IMG/VR virus record: IMGVR_UViG_3300032236_000503
Coordinates: 1 to 58,890 of that record
Strand: one strand, 5' to 3'
Length of the DNA: 58,890 nt
Source: a virus
Lineage: Duplodnaviria; Caudoviricetes
Both the position numbers and the translations under genes were made by a program. Below, one piece after another: positions 25,958-36,289 of the stretch (positions are counted from its first letter, which is position 1; every line of letters starts with the position of its first letter). The notes beneath the pieces are model-generated. The model worked only from the letters and a program-made list of their open reading frames with translations. It was not told where the DNA came from and searched no databases.

Positions 25958-26895
25958 TGGCAACCTTAACCACCTCCGGTGTAACCACATTCAATCCCGA
26001 TCTTACGGAGATTGTTGAGGAGGCATATGAACGCGCCGGAAGTGAACTCCGTTCAGGCTATGACCTACGCACAGCCCGCAGATCTTTAAACATCCTGTTT
26101 GCAGATTGGGCAAACCGTGGTGTAAACATGTGGACAATTGACCAAGGCACAATCACCCTTGCGCAAGGTCAATCTACATATGCTCTGCCATCCGACACCG
26201 TGGATCTGCTTGAGCATGTAATTCGCACGCAGGCTAACAGCACTACAGGTCAGGCTGACCTAACAATTACCCGCATCAGCGTATCCACCTACGCAACCCT
26301 TCCCAATAAGCTACAACAGGCTCGACCCATACAGGTGTGGGTACAGCGCCAAGATGCGCAAAATTCGCCTACAGGCTACACGGTAGCATCTGCGGTAGCT
26401 GCTACAGATACAACCATCACCCTTAGCTCGACTGTTGGTTTGGCCGCTTCGGGGTTTGTGCTTATTGATAGTGAAACAATCTTTTATCAATACATCAGCG
26501 GCAACACCCTTAACACCTGCGCCCGGGGACAAAATAACACCACCGCATCCACTCACAGCGTAGGTGCAGCGGTTACCGTTCAGCGGCTACCGGCGGTAAC
26601 GGTATGGCCTATTCCCGATGGATCTCAGCAATATGTATTTGCATATTGGAGACTGCGCCGATCGCAAGATGCTGGAACCGGTGTAAACGTGGCAGATGTT
26701 CCGTTCCGCTTTTACCCCGCAATGATTGCAGGGTTGGCGTATTACTTGGCATTGAAAGTTCCCGAAGGCGCACAGCGCCTGCCAATTCTCAAAGAGCAAT
26801 ACGACGAAGCTTGGCAATTAGCATCAGATGAGGATAGAGAGAAGGCTGCTGTACGGTTTGTTCCGCGCCAGCAGTTCATCGGCAGGAGCTACTAA
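25957..26895 (+). CDS. putative head-tail adaptor with inserted beta domain
   Basis: helical termini, internal Thr-rich insertion, structural context. Confidence 0.6.
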   Translation: MATLTTSGVTTFNPDLTEIVEEAYERAGSELRSGYDLRTARRSLNILFADWANRGVNMWTIDQGTITLAQGQSTYALPSDTVDLLEHVIRTQANSTTGQADLTITRISVSTYATLPNKLQQARPIQVWVQRQDAQNSPTGYTVASAVAATDTTITLSSTVGLAASGFVLIDSETIFYQYISGNTLNTCARGQNNTTASTHSVGAAVTVQRLPAVTVWPIPDGSQQYVFAYWRLRRSQDAGTGVNVADVPFRFYPAMIAGLAYYLALKVPEGAQRLPILKEQYDEAWQLASDEDREKAAVRFVPRQQFIGRSY

Positions 26896-27284
26896 TGGGC
26901 AATCGGTTTTCTTCCGGCAAGAATTCCATTGCAGAGTGTGACCGCTGCGGATTTCGATTTAAACTGACGGAGCTAAAGCGAGAGGTCATCAAAACCAAAA
27001 ACTATGAGTTGCTGGTTTGTGATCAATGCTGGGATCCGGATCAGCCTCAGTTGCAGTTGGGCATGTATCCCGTTGATGACCCGCAAGGCGTGAGGAATCC
27101 AAGGCCAGACCGTAGTTACTACACATCCGGACTTGATACATTGGGATACCCCGCAGGAGGTTCACGGGATATACAATGGGGCTGGGGGCCAATTGGCGGG
27201 GCCAGCAGTTTTGATAGCAAACTAACGCCCAATTATTTGCAAACTACAGCAAGTCTGGGTACAGTCACGGTGACTACATCATAG
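26895..27284 (+). CDS. zinc-binding virion-module protein
   Basis: CDRC...CDQC...PQ...PRPD. Confidence 0.7.
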   Translation: MGNRFSSGKNSIAECDRCGFRFKLTELKREVIKTKNYELLVCDQCWDPDQPQLQLGMYPVDDPQGVRNPRPDRSYYTSGLDTLGYPAGGSRDIQWGWGPIGGASSFDSKLTPNYLQTTASLGTVTVTTS

Positions 27285-27292
27285 GAGTTTAT

Positions 27293-27523
27293 ATGGCAAA
27301 GAAAGAAATGGGCGAGTCCAAAGCCGAACAAAAGCGCGAAGCCGCTGAAGACAAAAAGCAGGACGTTGCAATGATCAAAAAGGCTTTCAAAGAGCATGAC
27401 AAGCAAGAGCATAAAGGCGGCAAAGGTACAAAGATTACGCTGAAAAAAGGCGGAGTCACCGGTGCGGCTATGAAAGCTATGGGCCGTAACATGGCGCGTG
27501 TTGCCAACCAGCGGAGCAAATAA
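27293..27523 (+). CDS. small Lys-rich protein
   Basis: AGGAG RBS. Confidence 0.7.
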   Translation: MAKKEMGESKAEQKREAAEDKKQDVAMIKKAFKEHDKQEHKGGKGTKITLKKGGVTGAAMKAMGRNMARVANQRSK

Positions 27524-27795
27524 TGGCTAAATTCAGTTCCAAAAGCATGGGCAAAGAGAACGGGCCAGCGTCCGTTTATGCTGCACCGCACAATTCCAAA
27601 GGTAAAGCTGTTGACGGTCAAATTCCCCGTAAGGAATACATGACCAAGAAGGTGGCCGACCAAGTCAGCTTGGAAGACCCTGTACCTAACGGTATGAGCA
27701 TTGGTATCAATGATGATGTGGAAACCACCGGAATCAAAATCCGTGGAACTGGCGCGGCAACTAAAGGCGTGATGGCTCGGGGGCCGATGGCATGA
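27523..27795 (+). CDS. small basic protein
   Basis: RGTGAATKG C-terminus; TAATG overlap. Confidence 0.7.
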   Translation: MAKFSSKSMGKENGPASVYAAPHNSKGKAVDGQIPRKEYMTKKVADQVSLEDPVPNGMSIGINDDVETTGIKIRGTGAATKGVMARGPMA

Positions 27796-28700
27796 ACTAC
27801 GGCGAGCTTGTCTCAACGATACAAGATTACACGGAGAACACGTTCTCCAGCACAGATGTAAACACGTTCATTGAGCAGGCTGAGCTACGCATCTACAACG
27901 AGATTCAGTTCCCGTCACTGCGTAAGAATGTCACTGGAGCGGTCACCGCATCCAACCCGTACCTGTCCGCCCCGAATGACTACCTGTCCACCTACTCGAT
28001 GGCAGTGATTGATTCCAGCGGCGGGTACAACTATCTTCTAAACAAGGATGTTAATTACATCCGCGAGGCGTACCCATATCCTGCCGCGACCGGCCAGCCC
28101 AAGTGCTACGCCATCTTTGGCCCGCAGTACTCCAACCCCAATGAACTTTCGTTTTTGGTTGGCCCGACACCCGACACCGCTTACACCGTAGAGTTGCATT
28201 ACTTCTTCTACCCGCCGTCCATCATCCAAGGACAGATAAGCAGCCTGTACAACACCACGTTTACAGCAGGCAGTGGGTATGTAAACGGAACCTATTACAA
28301 CGTAGCGCTGACTGGCGGAACTGGCTCTGGAGCAACTGCACAAATTGTGGTGTCAAGCGGCGCTGTGTCATCGGTAACCCTTGGTGCTTTTGGTAGCGGA
28401 TACGCTGTAAACGACGTGCTGTCTGTTGCGTCTTTGGGCGGTACAGGCTCCGGTTTTGCCGTAACGGTGAACACCATCAACAACAGCACCGGTCGGACTT
28501 GGCTGGGCGACAACTTTGATACCACCCTGCTGTACGGTGCGTTGGTTGAGGCATACACATTTATGAAGGGTGAGCCTGATTTGCTGGCGCAGTACACCAA
28601 GCAGTACATGGAAGCCCTTGCACAAGCCAAACGTCTGGGTGACGGTCTGGAGCGTCAGGACGCATATCGTTCTGGTCAGTATCGTCAGAAGGTGACCTAA
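27792..28700 (+). CDS. tail adaptor/tubular protein A-like with inserted beta domain
   Basis: FIEQAELRI...GPTPD...LLYGALVEAY. Confidence 0.7.
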   Translation: MNYGELVSTIQDYTENTFSSTDVNTFIEQAELRIYNEIQFPSLRKNVTGAVTASNPYLSAPNDYLSTYSMAVIDSSGGYNYLLNKDVNYIREAYPYPAATGQPKCYAIFGPQYSNPNELSFLVGPTPDTAYTVELHYFFYPPSIIQGQISSLYNTTFTAGSGYVNGTYYNVALTGGTGSGATAQIVVSSGAVSSVTLGAFGSGYAVNDVLSVASLGGTGSGFAVTVNTINNSTGRTWLGDNFDTTLLYGALVEAYTFMKGEPDLLAQYTKQYMEALAQAKRLGDGLERQDAYRSGQYRQKVT

Positions 28701-28701
28701 C

Positions 28702-29124
28702 GTGTCCATTCTTCAAGGCCAAACCACCAGCTTCAAGTACCAGCTATTTGAGGGTGTACACAACTTCCTTACCAACTCCTTTTACATGGCGTTGTACACC
28801 GGCAATGCTGATTTAAACCAATCCACAACTGCGTACACAACCACCGCAGAGGTTACAGGGACAGGGTACACCGCCGGGGGCCAGCTTCTTACTGGCGTAA
28901 CGGTCAACTTTGACACAACCAATAGCGTGGCCTATGTCAACTTCAGCAACGTGGTTTGGACTCCAGCAGCGTTTACAACAAGGTGTGCGCTCATCTATAA
29001 TGCCAGCGCAAGCAATGCATCGGTTGCAGTGATTGACTTTGGGTCTGATAAGACTTGCAATGGGACATTTACCGTTACGATGCCCGCAAACACCTACTCA
29101 ACTGCACTTATCAGGAGCGCGTAA
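28702..29124 (+). CDS. tail-associated protein
   Basis: ALYT...EVTGTGYTAGG; paralog of 29328-29804. Confidence 0.7.
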   Translation: MSILQGQTTSFKYQLFEGVHNFLTNSFYMALYTGNADLNQSTTAYTTTAEVTGTGYTAGGQLLTGVTVNFDTTNSVAYVNFSNVVWTPAAFTTRCALIYNASASNASVAVIDFGSDKTCNGTFTVTMPANTYSTALIRSA

Positions 29125-29318
29125 TGGCCCTTATCAACACCACCCAAGGTGAGATGGATGATTCCTTTTTGGAGCATCGCACCGGCACGATTGACAACGA
29201 GAACGAGTTGACTGTGTGGGATGAATATTGGTTTAACGGTGAGCTGGTTCATCGTTCCGCTCATGTGACTTTGAAACAAATGCCCAGCTTTGCTGGCGGC
29301 GAAACTGCAACCTTCTAA
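29124..29318 (+). CDS. hypothetical protein
   Basis: TAATG overlap; GELVHRSAHV. Confidence 0.65.
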   Translation: MALINTTQGEMDDSFLEHRTGTIDNENELTVWDEYWFNGELVHRSAHVTLKQMPSFAGGETATF

Positions 29319-29327
29319 GGAAATATC

Positions 29328-29804
29328 GTGGCAAACCAACAATCAATGTGTACTTCGTTCCTTGGGGAACTATTAACCGGCACGCACAATTTTGGCGTTG
29401 CCCCTATTCGCGCAGCCACTACGGCAGACACGTTCAAAGCGGCCCTGTATCTTGCTTCTGCAACTATTAACGCCAGCACTACGGTATATACAACAACCGG
29501 CGAAGTCAGTGGAACCAACTACACGGCTGGTGGTATTACGGTTACCAATGCAACAGCTCCATCATCTACCAACTCCTCAACAACGGCTGGTGTTGGTTAT
29601 TGGACTCCTTCTGCAAGTTTGGTTTACACGACTGTTACGCTTTCTACGGCTTTTGATACGGTGTTGATTTACAACTCCACCCAGAGCAACAAAGCCGTTA
29701 GCGTTCACACGTTCTCTTCGCAGACCATCACTGCTGGAACTTTGACGTTGACAATGCCGTCTAATACCACAACGACTGCACTGCTGCGTTTGGCTACAAC
29801 CTAA
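29328..29804 (+). CDS. tail-associated protein
   Basis: ALYL...EVSGTNYTAGG. Confidence 0.7.
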   Translation: MANQQSMCTSFLGELLTGTHNFGVAPIRAATTADTFKAALYLASATINASTTVYTTTGEVSGTNYTAGGITVTNATAPSSTNSSTTAGVGYWTPSASLVYTTVTLSTAFDTVLIYNSTQSNKAVSVHTFSSQTITAGTLTLTMPSNTTTTALLRLATT

Positions 29805-29835
29805 TAGCGGGGCGCGGCTATACGCCGTGTAGACC

Positions 29836-31209
29836 ATGTTTGGTATAAACCCGTTTTCCGCTGCGCCGTTTGGAGCCACGGCTGCGGGCGGGTTGTCTGG
29901 TGTCCAATCCACAGGTTCTGTTGGAACCGTAACAACAACTTCGACTTCTAATGTAGCTCTTACAGGAGTTCAATCTACAGGAGCGGTTAACTCGGTTGGT
30001 GCGCCAGTATTTGTTGCACTTACTGGCGTTACTGCCAACGGTTCTGTAGGTTTTGGGTGGGGCGCTGGCGGGTGGGGTGTTTATGGTTGGGGAGGTTTTG
30101 CCAACTCCCTGTCTGCCAGCATATCTGTCAACCTGTCTGGCGTATTTGCTACAGGTTCGGTTGGCTCAGTAGCCACTAACAAAACTTTTGCACTTACCGG
30201 CGTTCAAGCAAACGGAGCTACAGGAACTGAATCTCCGGTAGATACATTTGCACTCACTGGAGTAGCCGCAGCAGGATTGGTTGGAACGGTTACTACCAGC
30301 AGAGCGCTTTCTCTTTCCGGGGTATCTGCAACAGGGTTTGTAGGCTCAGTAACCTATAACTCATCACTTGCCATAAGCGGTGTTCAAGCCACCGGTAATA
30401 TCGGCACGGTAGCACCTAGTGTAACCATTGCGCTAAGCGGTGTATTTGCTACAGGCGCAACGGGAACGGAATCCCCAACAGACACACTGGCTCTAACAGG
30501 GGTGCAGGCTTCTGGTTTTGTAGGCACGGTAACCCCACTTAAATCGTATGCGCTTACTGGAAACTCTGCCGCTGGCTCCGTAGGTTCTGTTACCTACAGC
30601 ACATCCATAGCTTTAACAGGGGTAATTGCCGCAGGGCTTACTGGAGTTACAACAGCAAATATTGTTGCGACTCTTAGCGGCGTATCTGCTGCGGGTTCTG
30701 TTGGCACAGTAACGCAAGGTTTTGTAATTGCTTTGACCGGTGTGTCTGCTTCTGGACTTACCGGTACTGAATCCGAAAGCACAACACTTGCAATCACAGG
30801 CGTATCGGCAACAGGCGATGTTGGAACCATAGTACGAAATGCCATAGTTGATCTGTCTGGTGTTAGTGCAACAGGTTTAATTTCCGGTCTTATCCCTCCG
30901 TTATTGCTTCAGCCAGTAATTGGAAATGGTCAAGTTGGCTCAATAAGCTCGGTCAACAAAACTTTTGCACTGTCCGGGGTTTCTGCTTCGGGCGCGGTTG
31001 GAATTACCATACCGATTTCATGGCAGCAAATAGATGACAGCCAAACGGTAGTGTGGCAAAATGTGGCAGACGACCAGACCGTTACGTGGTCTGCTGTAAA
31101 TGTTTCCCAAGCCACGGGATGGAATACTGTTGACGTAACACAGACATCTTTGTGGAATACAATTGGAAATAACCAGACGACCGACTGGGAATTGGTCGAA
31201 ACAACATAG
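29836..31209 (+). CDS. repetitive fibre-like protein
   Basis: many ~21-aa ALTGVxAxGxVGxV repeats; Trp-periodic C-terminus. Confidence 0.7.
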   Translation: MFGINPFSAAPFGATAAGGLSGVQSTGSVGTVTTTSTSNVALTGVQSTGAVNSVGAPVFVALTGVTANGSVGFGWGAGGWGVYGWGGFANSLSASISVNLSGVFATGSVGSVATNKTFALTGVQANGATGTESPVDTFALTGVAAAGLVGTVTTSRALSLSGVSATGFVGSVTYNSSLAISGVQATGNIGTVAPSVTIALSGVFATGATGTESPTDTLALTGVQASGFVGTVTPLKSYALTGNSAAGSVGSVTYSTSIALTGVIAAGLTGVTTANIVATLSGVSAAGSVGTVTQGFVIALTGVSASGLTGTESESTTLAITGVSATGDVGTIVRNAIVDLSGVSATGLISGLIPPLLLQPVIGNGQVGSISSVNKTFALSGVSASGAVGITIPISWQQIDDSQTVVWQNVADDQTVTWSAVNVSQATGWNTVDVTQTSLWNTIGNNQTTDWELVETT

Positions 31210-31217
31210 GTTTATAA

Positions 31218-31562
31218 ATGGCACTTGTTTTAGCCGACCGCGTACAGGTAGCAGCGACAGCCAACACGACTGTCAGCTTTACGTTAGGTACGACCTCTAC
31301 TGGCTATCAAAGCTTTGCTGTTGTCGGTGATACCAACACCACCTACTACTCCGCCACGGACGGAACCAACTGGGAAGTGGGAATTGGCACATACGCCACC
31401 TCCGGCCCGACGTTAACCCGTACAACGATCATTTCATCCAGCAACAGCAACGCCGCAGTCAGCACATTTGGGGCGACCGTCACAGTATTTTTGACCTACC
31501 CCGCAGCCCGCGCAACCACCAACGGCAGGGCGCTTGTAATGAACATGGTCTTTGCGATATAA
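31218..31562 (+). CDS. tail-fibre-associated protein
   Basis: MALVLADRV...WEVGIGTY. Confidence 0.7.
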   Translation: MALVLADRVQVAATANTTVSFTLGTTSTGYQSFAVVGDTNTTYYSATDGTNWEVGIGTYATSGPTLTRTTIISSSNSNAAVSTFGATVTVFLTYPAARATTNGRALVMNMVFAI

Positions 31563-31571
31563 GGAACCCCT

Positions 31572-31943
31572 ATGGCAAACCCGAATATGGTCAACGTGTC
31601 CTCCATTCTTGGAGCGACCACCTATCTTGTGCCGACCACCACGACTGCTACCACATGGACTGCGTTGACCCCCGCAACAGGAACCGTCAACAAGATTGAC
31701 ACCATGATGGCAACTAACGTCACAACAAGTGCGGCAACCATTACGGTTTCTATTAACAGCGCAACAGGCGGTGGTGGAACGGCATATCGACTTGCTTATC
31801 AAATTACTGTACCCGCAAACGCCGTTTTAAATATTGTCGATAAAAGTACCATGATTTACGTTGGCGAGTCGCAGTCCATCGTAGTGACATCAGGAACGAC
31901 CAATGCAATCGAAATGGTTGCCGCCTATGAGGCTATTAGCTAA
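31572..31943 (+). CDS. tail-associated beta protein
   Basis: MANPN start, AAGGA RBS. Confidence 0.7.
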   Translation: MANPNMVNVSSILGATTYLVPTTTTATTWTALTPATGTVNKIDTMMATNVTTSAATITVSINSATGGGGTAYRLAYQITVPANAVLNIVDKSTMIYVGESQSIVVTSGTTNAIEMVAAYEAIS

Positions 31944-32896
31944 TGAATAGATTTAAAGGTTCTATTCGCTCTGCCACAGCAGCTACCACAAGTAGCTCTG
32001 CTGCCGTTGGAATTTGGAACCAAACTGAAGTTTTACAAGCAAAACAAGCAAACGCTTGGCCCAATGCTTTGGCGTTATTCGACTATTTAATAGTTGGCGG
32101 TGGCGGTGGCGGTGGCGGCGGCGGTGACAACGGGAATACAGGTTCACGCGCTGCGGGTGGTGGTGGCGGTGGATACTTAACGGCAACTGGAGTAAATTTT
32201 GTTACGGGTGTAACGTATACCGTAACCGTAGGCGCAGGCGGCACATCTCCAACTACGGAGGGGACTGTAGGAAATCAAGGCGGCACGTCATCTATTACCG
32301 GTGGTTCTTTGTCTGGAATTACGATTGCAGGAGGTGGTGGCGGCGGTACTAAATCTACAACAGATGGAGGTGCTGTAGGCGGAAATGGAGCAAATGGTGG
32401 CGGTGGCGGTTGGAATGTTAATGCCGTTTCTGGTGCTACTCGTACTTACGCCGGTGGCACAGGTACTTTTGCTGGAGGCACGGGCGCACACAACCCTGGC
32501 GTATTTGCTGCTTCAGGCGGCGGCGCTGGAGCAGGTGCTGTAGGTGGCAGCTATTCTGGAACTACCGGTGGCAGCGGCGGAATCGGGATTACTTCGTCCA
32601 TGTCAGGGACATCTACGCAATACGCGGGTGGCGGTAGCGGACGAGGTGACGGTGGCGCTGGAACTGCGTCTTATGGTGGCGCGGTAGCCGGTTCTGCTGG
32701 AACTGTAAACACAGGTGGCGGGGGTGGTGGCGGTGGTGGCGCAACTACATCTGCTCGCGCAGGCGGCTCTGGGGTTGCAATAATTCGAGTTCCTATTTCG
32801 GTAACAGCCGCATCTACAACAGGAACTCCAACGGTCACGACTGACGCTACTTACCGTTATTACGCATTTACCGGCAACGGCACAATCACCTTCTAA
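31943..32896 (+). CDS. glycine-rich tail/receptor-binding protein
   Basis: YLIVGGGGGG...GGSGVAIIR polyglycine domain. Confidence 0.75.
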   Translation: MNRFKGSIRSATAATTSSSAAVGIWNQTEVLQAKQANAWPNALALFDYLIVGGGGGGGGGGDNGNTGSRAAGGGGGGYLTATGVNFVTGVTYTVTVGAGGTSPTTEGTVGNQGGTSSITGGSLSGITIAGGGGGGTKSTTDGGAVGGNGANGGGGGWNVNAVSGATRTYAGGTGTFAGGTGAHNPGVFAASGGGAGAGAVGGSYSGTTGGSGGIGITSSMSGTSTQYAGGGSGRGDGGAGTASYGGAVAGSAGTVNTGGGGGGGGGATTSARAGGSGVAIIRVPISVTAASTTGTPTVTTDATYRYYAFTGNGTITF

Positions 32897-32898
32897 TC

Positions 32899-33261
32899 AT
32901 GGCGCACTTTGCAAAACTTGATGAGAACAACGTAGTGCTGGAAGTGCATTGCGTGCATAACAACGAGCTATTGGTCAACGGCGTTGAAATGGAAGCCAAA
33001 GGCGTTGCGTTTTTGGTTCAATGGAGTGGTGGCTATCCTTTTTGGAAACAGACTTCCTACAACAATAAAATCCGCAAAAACTACGCTGGGGTAGGGTTTA
33101 CCTATGATTCCCAAAGGGATGCGTTTATACCGCCAAAGCCCTACAATAGCTGGGTATTGGATGAGGACACCTGCTTGTGGCAAGCGCCCGTGGCGCGGCC
33201 TGTGGACGACAATATGTACGACTGGGATGAAGAGTCCCTCTCTTGGAGAATGATTACATGA
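32899..33261 (+). CDS. protein accompanying the Gly-rich fibre (chaperone-like)
   Basis: MAHFAKLD...WKQTSYN...RKNYAG...DAFIPPKP. Confidence 0.7.
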   Translation: MAHFAKLDENNVVLEVHCVHNNELLVNGVEMEAKGVAFLVQWSGGYPFWKQTSYNNKIRKNYAGVGFTYDSQRDAFIPPKPYNSWVLDEDTCLWQAPVARPVDDNMYDWDEESLSWRMIT

Positions 33262-34262
33262 CGATCAATTACACAACCAACCTTGCGCTTGCGCAGCCGG
33301 TAACCGGAACGGAGTCGGGGACTTGGGGTGATGATGTAAACAATGGCATCACAGCCTACTTGGACATCGCCATCGCGGGCGGTTTGGCCGTCACCGTCAC
33401 CACGGCTGACGTTACCCTCACCAACACGCAGGGTTCTAGCTCCGGCACAAACATTGGTTCATCCACCGCGCAGTACGCTATCTTGAACGTCAGCGGAGCA
33501 ATGACCGGGGCGCGTAACTTAATTGTTCCAAGCAGCAGCAAGTGGTACGTCATTAACAACTCCACGACCGGCGGCTATGCGCTAACGGTCAAAGGCTCTG
33601 CAACCACCGGGGTTTCATTGGTAAACGGTGAGCGTGCGCTTATTGCTTGGAATGGCTCGGACTACGTCAAGATTGCTAATAGCTCCGGCCCGGGCGTATT
33701 CACCAGCATTACAGCTACCGCAGATTCAACGTTCTCCTCCACAGGTGCGCTGGCAATTAGCAAGGGAACCACCGCTCAGCAACCGGCCAGCCCCATCACG
33801 GGCATGCTGCGGTACAACACCACAACCAATTTATTTGAGGGCTACAGCGGCTCTTCCCCAACATGGGCCTCCGTTGGCGGCGGCGCTACAGGCGGAGCAA
33901 CCGACCAAGTGTTTTGGCAAAACGGCCAAACTATCAACGCAAGCTACAGTATTACCAGCGGTAGCAACGCAGGCACATTTGGCCCCGTCACTGTGGCAAG
34001 CGGAGCGTCGTTTACAGGCGCAACCTCCGGGGTTAGCGCGTCCTTGACCACATCGTCGGTGACTGGAACCATTCTTGTCGGTCAAACCATATCGGGGACA
34101 AACATCACAGCCGGTACAGTTATCACTGCATTTGTAAGCGGTGTATCTGGTGGAGCAGGTGTTTACACAATCAGCCCCGCATCTACAGGAACCGTAAGCG
34201 GTACAGTGACATCCAGCACCATCGTGACCGTGCCGAGCGGCTCTGTCTGGTCTATCGTTTAA
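33258..34262 (+). CDS. tail fibre protein
   Basis: GTWG N-terminus, GMLRYNTTTNLFEGY module. Confidence 0.7.
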   Translation: MTINYTTNLALAQPVTGTESGTWGDDVNNGITAYLDIAIAGGLAVTVTTADVTLTNTQGSSSGTNIGSSTAQYAILNVSGAMTGARNLIVPSSSKWYVINNSTTGGYALTVKGSATTGVSLVNGERALIAWNGSDYVKIANSSGPGVFTSITATADSTFSSTGALAISKGTTAQQPASPITGMLRYNTTTNLFEGYSGSSPTWASVGGGATGGATDQVFWQNGQTINASYSITSGSNAGTFGPVTVASGASFTGATSGVSASLTTSSVTGTILVGQTISGTNITAGTVITAFVSGVSGGAGVYTISPASTGTVSGTVTSSTIVTVPSGSVWSIV

Positions 34263-34271
34263 GGAGAACCC

Positions 34272-35144
34272 ATGAGTTCAGTCGCAATCCAAGGCAATGC
34301 AAGCGGGGCTGGTGTATTCACCATCGCTTCGCCCAACAGCGCCAGCAGCTACACGTTAACACTACCTACAGCCACAGGAACTTTAAGCCTAGGGCCACAA
34401 ATCCAGCCAATCTCTGCTTCGGTTGCGGCAAGTGCGTTGACCATTTCTGCATCTGCTCTTTCGCTTGATTTTCGCTCTACTACGTTGGGAAGTGGCACAG
34501 TCACAACGGTCACTGGAACCCCCGCCAACTTGGTCATCTCAAGCGGTTCAACCCTTGGAACTGTATCGGCTACGCAGTCTCGCATCGTTGTGATTGCGAT
34601 GAACAATGCCGGTACATTGGAATTGGCGGCGGTCAATATCAGTGGTGGCAATCAACTTGATGAAACCAACCTTATCAGCACGACTGCCGAAGGGGGCGCA
34701 GGCGCGGCGGATAGCGCAAACGTAATCTACTCGACTACAGCCCGCACATCGCTTGCATATCGTGTGATTGGATATATTGAGTCCACCCAAGCAACCGCTG
34801 GCACATGGGCCACTGCGCCATCAACCATCCAAGGCCAAGGCGGTCAGGCTTTAAACGCCATGAGTTCGCTTGGGTATGGGCAGACTTGGCAAGCCGTAAC
34901 GGGTTCACGGGCGCTTGGTACAACTTACTACAACACAACGGGAAAGCCGATAAGTATTCATGTAAGTTGCACAATGGGGGATGCGGTGAACAATGTTCAG
35001 TTAACGATCGCTGGGCTTACATTGGCAGGTAACGTAGGAAATAGCACAAACAAGGCGTACAACACAGCTATCGTGCCAGCAGGCGCAAGTTATTCCGCAG
35101 CAGCAACTAATGCCACTTTGTCAGCTTGGAATGAGTTGAGGTAA
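34272..35144 (+). CDS. tail fibre-related protein
   Basis: LGYGQTWQ...YYNTTGKPI C-terminal domain. Confidence 0.7.
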   Translation: MSSVAIQGNASGAGVFTIASPNSASSYTLTLPTATGTLSLGPQIQPISASVAASALTISASALSLDFRSTTLGSGTVTTVTGTPANLVISSGSTLGTVSATQSRIVVIAMNNAGTLELAAVNISGGNQLDETNLISTTAEGGAGAADSANVIYSTTARTSLAYRVIGYIESTQATAGTWATAPSTIQGQGGQALNAMSSLGYGQTWQAVTGSRALGTTYYNTTGKPISIHVSCTMGDAVNNVQLTIAGLTLAGNVGNSTNKAYNTAIVPAGASYSAAATNATLSAWNELR

Positions 35145-35149
35145 ACAAA

Positions 35150-35419
35150 ATGCAATACTACAAAGACACTGAAAACAAACTGCACTGGTTGGATTCCACC
35201 GAGTATGAATTCTATCTGCCCGCAGGCTGCGTTCAAATTACTGATGAAGAAGCTGAGTCGCTTCGCCCTAAAGTAGAACTAACCTACGCGCAAAAACGCG
35301 CTAATGAGTATCCGCCCATGACCGACTACCTTGATGGTGTTGTAAAGGGTGACCAAGCGCAGATTGACAAGTACATTACCGACTGCTTGGCAGTCAAAGC
35401 CAAATACCCGAAGGTGTAA
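35150..35419 (+). CDS. putative tail-fibre assembly protein
   Basis: RANEYPP...AVKAKYPK. Confidence 0.65.
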   Translation: MQYYKDTENKLHWLDSTEYEFYLPAGCVQITDEEAESLRPKVELTYAQKRANEYPPMTDYLDGVVKGDQAQIDKYITDCLAVKAKYPKV

Positions 35420-35422
35420 ACC

Positions 35423-36280
35423 ATGACCGCTGTACTATCAGGAACCAATGGGCTGCTTCAGTCCTACGACTATCAAGCCTTTGCCACGGGCTTTGACTAC
35501 ACCTTCAGTCCGGCCTCAACAGGCACTGTTCTGGTGATGAACCCTGCCGGTACGCTGGCAACGGGAACTATTCGGTTTCCCACCGCGCCGGTGGACGGCA
35601 TGACCATCACGTTTAGCAGCAGCCAGCAGATTACGGCGCTTACGTTAAATGGTAGTGGCGCAAACATCAACAATGCCGTGACACTGCTCCCAGCCAAAAC
35701 TGCGGTGTCTTACGTTTATCGCGCAACGGGGACTACATGGTGGCCTACACAGACCGTGCCGGGAGTGCTGACCAATGGAATGCAGTTGTACCGTTTGAAT
35801 GCTGACCTTGTTGGGGCTAATGTCACCACTGCTCAAAGCATTTTGGGTGTAGGCGTGACGCTTGCTGCTAGTACGGTGTACGCATTTGAAATGGTTGCAG
35901 CTTTCTCAAAAACTGCTGGCGCAACTTCTCATGCATTCCAAATTGGGTTTGGCGGAACTGCAACAGTGACTAACATTGCTTATGATATTTTGCTTAATAA
36001 CAGCGCCACATCATTTGTGCAATTCACTTCAGGTAATGGGTCAAATGGTTTTATTCAAACCGCAAGTGCAACTACGCTAACCACAAATGCAAGTGCAACT
36101 TTGTACAACAGCATTTTTTGCGCAGGTATGGTTTCCATTAATACTGGTGGCACGTTCATCCCGCAATACACCCTGTCTGTAGCCCCCGGCGGTGCGTATA
36201 CCACTGCTACCAATAGCTACATGAAAATTTACCCAATTGGCGCATCTGGCAGCGCCACCAATATTGGCTCATGGGCCTAA
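35423..36280 (+). CDS. tail-associated beta protein
   Basis: T/S/A/G-rich, in the fibre cluster. Confidence 0.65.
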   Translation: MTAVLSGTNGLLQSYDYQAFATGFDYTFSPASTGTVLVMNPAGTLATGTIRFPTAPVDGMTITFSSSQQITALTLNGSGANINNAVTLLPAKTAVSYVYRATGTTWWPTQTVPGVLTNGMQLYRLNADLVGANVTTAQSILGVGVTLAASTVYAFEMVAAFSKTAGATSHAFQIGFGGTATVTNIAYDILLNNSATSFVQFTSGNGSNGFIQTASATTLTTNASATLYNSIFCAGMVSINTGGTFIPQYTLSVAPGGAYTTATNSYMKIYPIGASGSATNIGSWA

Positions 36281-36289
36281 AGGATAACT

